From Mantamonas sphyraenae STR306 (taxonomy: Eukaryota; Protista; CRuMs), in NCBI GenBank assembly GCA_026936335.1, contig JAPMXV010000034.1, positions 248,001-312,000 of the forward strand: a DNA stretch of 64,000 nt, given 5' to 3'. The notes beneath the pieces were generated by a model. The model searched no databases. It was not told the origin of the DNA and saw only the letters and a list, made by a program, of their open reading frames with translations. Positions within the stretch are counted from its first letter, which is position 1. Every line of letters starts with the position of its first letter. Positions 59,440 to 64,000 of this stretch are shown piece after piece. Made by a program: the position numbers and the translations under genes.

Positions 59440-61770
59440 CTATTCGTCCAGTCCACACGGTTCCACAAACACACTCCGCGTCTCTTCCAGCTTGGGCAAC
59501 ACCGAGCCATAGCGTGTCGGATGCACGTGGATCTGGGGCAGGTTGACCATGCCCGAGTGGACGGGCACGAGTTGAAAGTTGAGGACGTGAGGGGGTGCGT
59601 TGGGCAGCACCACAAACGACACGTTCTTCAGTCCGCTGTACATGAACGTGTCTGTTTCGCTCACGGTGACGTTGACCGGCTGCGGAACAACGCTTTCGTT
59701 GCTGATGCTCACTTGCAACAGGATGGGCTCGCCCACCTTGCCCTTGGCGGGGCTTGTGGCCACGTCCACCTCGAAAATGCCACTGTGCACCATGGTCTGT
59801 GGCAACTTGAGTTGGTTGACCACGACGTCTGTGCCGACGCCATCTTCGATGCGGCGGAAGAACACGCACAGGCTGCCCAGCTGCGTCTCGCCCTCCACAC
59901 GTGGCGTCATGTGCACCACACTGCTGATTTCCTCGTGCTTGACCATCACATTGTCCACCACATTGTCCACGTCCAGCACGGGCTCCTCCACGTCCACCCA
60001 CTCGCCCGGTTCAGACACGACGGGAAAGTGCACGTCGACGCTGGAGCTCATTTGCACCTGAGCACGCACCAGTTGCACCTCAAACTCGGTCTCACTCACC
60101 AACTGCAGCTGAAGTGACAGTTGCTCGTTGCGCAGCACCTGGAACCGGTCTGCACTCCCCAGCAGCAGCAGATCCTTGGTGTCGCGCGTGAACTGCGTGT
60201 CCGTAAGCAGCATCAGACGCGGCGCAAACGGATACACGACAGGCAGCACGTGCGCCTGCTCCACAGTTGTCTCATACTCGCGCGCTGTCAGGTACGTCAG
60301 CCTGACCTGGAGTGTTTTCTGGCACTGCTGTGCGCAGCGCACATAGACGACCACCTCGCGCTTGCTGTTGGGCTCCATCTCCTCAATGTCAATCTCTCCG
60401 TTCTCCTCAAAGAGCATGTACTTGCGGTGCACCGCAATGACACTGGATGGCAAGTCGTCTTCGCTGTCGTCGCTGGCCTCGCTCGCATCGTCGTCGTCCG
60501 CATCTGCAAGCACGTACACCTCGGACTGCTCTCCCTCCTGGCTGGCACCCATGCTGATTTTCATGGAGCCCCGCACCACATGGTCCTCGCAGCTGTCCAG
60601 GTGGAAGGTCAGGCGGTGGTACTCGTTGACCAGGGCGGGCGGCGTGTGGTCCAGCACCATCTGCATGCGCGCCTCGGGCTCTTCTACACGCAGAAAGGTG
60701 CGATCGGAAAAGGTCGACTGCACCCACAGGCCGTTGACGTCGTTGCCCGACAGACGCGAACGCACGCGCTCGCACAGTTTCCATCGAAAGTGAACGCAGC
60801 TGTTGGACGTTGCGTCGCCCAGGGTCAGCACCACGTACGTCACCTCCAGATTCTTGGCCTCGGGCGGGTTCAGCGTAAACTCCAGCAGTGTTTCCACGCC
60901 GGGCTGGATCAGCAGCCGTTCGTCGTCGCCGGTGACCTCTTCGTTGTGCGCCGACTCGTTGAATTGGATTTGCAGCCTGTCAAACTGCAGCGGCTGCGGA
61001 CCGCTGAGGACCAGGGCCACGCGGTACGACACTTGTGTGCGCACAAACACACGCTGGGTGTCAAACCGGACGCGGCAGCCAATGAGAGGATGATCTGTGG
61101 TGAGATCGATGGTCAGCGGTGTGGTCAGAGGTGACACCGCGGGTTTCAGAGTGCGCGAAGAGAGCGGATCGACATCGGAGCCCTGGTCGGAGTCTGACTT
61201 GTAGTTGAGCAGGTACACGAGGGCCTCCTGGATGTCCAGCTTTTGCTCCAGCGGACTGGTCATGTTGCCGGACATGAGCTCGAGTGCAGTCATGACGTAG
61301 TCCACGCTGAGGTCCAGCTGCTTGGTGCAGACCATGGACTGGTCGAGGATGGAGGTCAGGATGGGCCACCACCTGTCCTTGCGGTAGTTGTTGGCAATGC
61401 GGTCAAAGAAACTCTTGGCCATCTGGAAGTTGCCCGAGTTGTAGTACTCCTCGGCCATCTGGGACGCAATGTACAGGATGTTGCGGCCCGACTTTGTGCG
61501 CTTGCACTGGTCGTAGGCCTTTGTAAGCAGCTCAATGACCAGTGGCGAGTGCTGCACCTGCGCCTCCAGATACAGCGCCTGAAGCAGCTCCTGTTCCATG
61601 TTCACCTCGGGCACCTCAAGCAGAGGGGTGGACAACACGGGCTTGCCGATGTACTGCTGCCCATGCTCCAGGTCGATGGTCGCCAGTGAGTATCCTGTGG
61701 TGGGTGTCTGATCCACAGGCACAACACGAGACACCGCCCACGTGTTGTTGTTGACGCCGCCTGACGACGA

Positions 61771-61804
<34 letters not shown>

Positions 61805-63175
61805 TGTCCTGCCGATCCAGCGTTGTTCTTACCCTTGCCACTGTCCTTCTTGACCTTGACGGCGCTGACAAGATCGGTGAGCTCCTTGGCGACGTCGCGT
61901 CTGCGCTTGGCATATGTGGCTGCAGCCTGGTAGTAGAACACGGGCTGATGCCACTTGTCGGCTGTCGGGGAGATGTAGTGGGGAATGGCTTGGAGCATTT
62001 CGCCAAAGGCACGATACTGGCGAGCAACCCATGCCCAGTGTTCAAAGGCCTTTCGCTCGTCGCCAAGGAGTCCCTTGTAGACGGTCATGTGGTACTTGAA
62101 CTGGTCGACGGCGTGGGTCACCTTGCTGTCGGTGAGGTTGAGGGTGCAGCCTGTGATGTGACAGCGACACAGCTTGTAGTTGATAAAGTCTGCCACGGCC
62201 TTGATCTCGGAGATCTTGTCAAAGGCGCGTTCGATTTGAAGCAGATGGGTGTATGCGGCGGAGTAGGACTTGATGGCAGTCTTGTAGTCGCGACGGAACT
62301 CGGAGAAGTAGGCCGCCTTGAAGTTGGAGCGGACCATGTACTCGAGAGGCGTGGCACTCTTCTTGGACAGCGTGTCGCCCTTGCCCTTCTTGGCCTTTTT
62401 CACCTGGTCCTTGTAGTACGCATCGCACAGGTCGTAGATCTTGCTGCGCATCTTGTTCCAGCTGGCAAAGATGTCGCTGGGCTGGAGGTTGAACACCTGG
62501 CTCGAGGACACCTGCATCTGCTTGGCAAAGGCCTTGAGGCGTTCGTCGAGCACATCGGCAGAGGCGCTGCTCGTTGCCACGAGCACAATCACAATCTTGG
62601 TTGATCGGTTCTGCAGCAGGTCCCTGCGATTGGATGGCCAGTGTTCACAAGCAACACACAAGCAACACGGCGTGTCAGCTCCGGCAAGGGGTGCACGTGC
62701 GCAACACCCCGCAAAACGGGGCTCGGGGAGGGAAAATGTGCCCACGGGAGGTGACCGCTCGAGCCAGAAGAAGGGGCTTTGAGCAGCAAGAGACGCGGGA
62801 GAGGGGAACAGAGGGGGCAGGGGCAGGGTGGCAAGTCACTTACTTGATGCCGGTGAGGGTGTGGGCCATGCCCTGGACGCCCGAGTTGTCCTCCTGCGGA
62901 TTCCACTCCTGGAAGAGGACCATGACACCGGGTACGAGGTTGCGGTGTTTGTACATAAAGTTTGCTTTGAGAATACCACGTGGCTTTGCGTGGTGGGCAC
63001 CCTCCACTCGCTCCTTCTTGCGGGGCGGCATGTTTCCCTCGTTCAGAGTGAGCAGACGGAGAGGCGTGTCCTTGCCGATGCTCTTGTCCGCCTCGGCAAT
63101 GTCCGGATGCAGAGCGTCGCAGCCATAAAGGCCGACGAGCGGGGTGGGCGAGAAGCGCACCTCGTCCGGGTACAT
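59440..63175 (-). CDS. TRAPPC11: TRAPP III subunit TRAPPC11 (Gryzun / foie gras) (2 exons)
   Basis: PRGILKANFMYKHRNLVPGV, FKAAYFSEFR, EIKAVADFINYK, WVARQYRAFGE and YRKDRWW. Intron 62843-62624. Confidence 0.93.
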
Positions 63176-63252
63176 CTGGGTCGAGAGAGGTGTGTGTGGG
63201 TTTTTGGCTGCGCTGGCAAGTGCAGGCCATCGTCAACATCGTCTCTCTAGCC

Positions 63253-63717
63253 ATGGATTGGGTGCAGGGCGCTGTGGATTACATACTAGGCATCTCTGTG
63301 GGCGCGGTCGCATGGGTGGTGGTCGGATTAGGCGTGGGGGCCGCGACGTTGTTGGCGCTGGTGTTTCTGGCTCAGTTTGTGGGCCAGCTGGTGGGCCACA
63401 TGGCACAGCGCAACTCGGGTGCCGAGGGGCCGTCAAGTGTGGTGCGTTACGCGGTGATGGTACTGCCCCTGGTGCTGCAGGTGTTTGCTGCAGCGATGGG
63501 GGGCCTTGTTGGAGCGCTTGTCTCTGGGCAACCGTGGCTCTCCACTGCCATGGGCTATGGCTTGGGAGGATATGCATTTCAGACGACACAGGCGCAAGGG
63601 ATGAATGGCAACGACCTCCCGGTGTCTGGGCGTCTGGAACTGGGTCTGAAGGTGGGGTCGGCGTTGTCGTTTGCGCTGGGTGGTCTGGCCGGCCGTGAGC
63701 TGTACTGGATGGCGTAA
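63253..63717 (+). CDS. Small Gly/Ala-rich multi-pass membrane protein of unknown function
   Basis: A 154-aa ORF from a GCCATGG start, with 3-4 hydrophobic segments containing GxxxG-like motifs. Confidence 0.65.
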   Translation: MDWVQGAVDYILGISVGAVAWVVVGLGVGAATLLALVFLAQFVGQLVGHMAQRNSGAEGPSSVVRYAVMVLPLVLQVFAAAMGGLVGALVSGQPWLSTAMGYGLGGYAFQTTQAQGMNGNDLPVSGRLELGLKVGSALSFALGGLAGRELYWMA

Positions 63718-63842
63718 GGGGCAGCACAGGGTGGGACGGGAAGAAAAGGTATGCAGTGGAGAGTGGAAGACTTGAGGAGAATGAACACGAGTCAAGAGAG
63801 AGGCTGTGCAGTTGCGGGGGCGAAGCCAATCGCAACCTGACC

Positions 63843-64000
63843 ATGGCCTCGTACGACGCGCTGCCTCAATGGTTGCAGGGAGAAAACAGCGGTAATGCAT
63901 CGGACGGAGGAGGAAATGGAGGTGGAGGGCCGTCGCAAGGGTCATCAGGCATGGATGTGGAAGAGGGAGCAGGGAAGAAAAAGGTGAACCCGCGGCATGC
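63843..64000 (+). CDS. 5' end of the next gene (truncated by the window)
   Basis: ACCATGG start; the frame is open to the window end (MASYDALPQWLQGENSG...). Confidence 0.45.
   Translation, partial: MASYDALPQWLQGENSGNASDGGGNGGGGPSQGSSGMDVEEGAGKKKVNPRH

Overview
A gene-dense eukaryotic nuclear region, about 60% GC by eye, with spliceosomal introns mostly 70-260 nt and the standard genetic code. It is probably from a flagellated unicellular protist, since it carries the ciliary genes TMEM218, FAM149 and a prominin-like gene; the lineage cannot be fixed from sequence alone. I can reconstruct about 32 protein-coding genes, mostly housekeeping: SPT16, RPS5, Rab7, TRAPPC11, OXA1, PIS, PEMT, CIA2/FAM96B, NC2-beta, a SIRT6/7-class sirtuin, SNX-BAR, M1 aminopeptidase, REX1-type exonuclease, Sen54, GLE1 and an LRR-RasGEF. 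They are packed largely as head-to-head and tail-to-tail pairs with very short spacers. I recognised no rRNA, tRNA, transposon or CRISPR. The most notable observations are: (1) a U12-type AT-AC intron in CIA2 whose TCCTTAAC branch site is unusually far from the 3' splice site, echoing distal branch sites in several U2 introns; (2) kilobase-scale G-versus-C strand-skew domains that ignore gene orientation, one switching at a purine-rich tandem repeat; (3) a tandem pair of Patched-related transporters with a near-identical 90-nt tract; (4) a GLE1 with an apparent N-terminal transmembrane hairpin. Gene models were built by hand from GT-AG and AT-AC signals plus frame continuity. Family calls rest on remembered motifs, not database searches.
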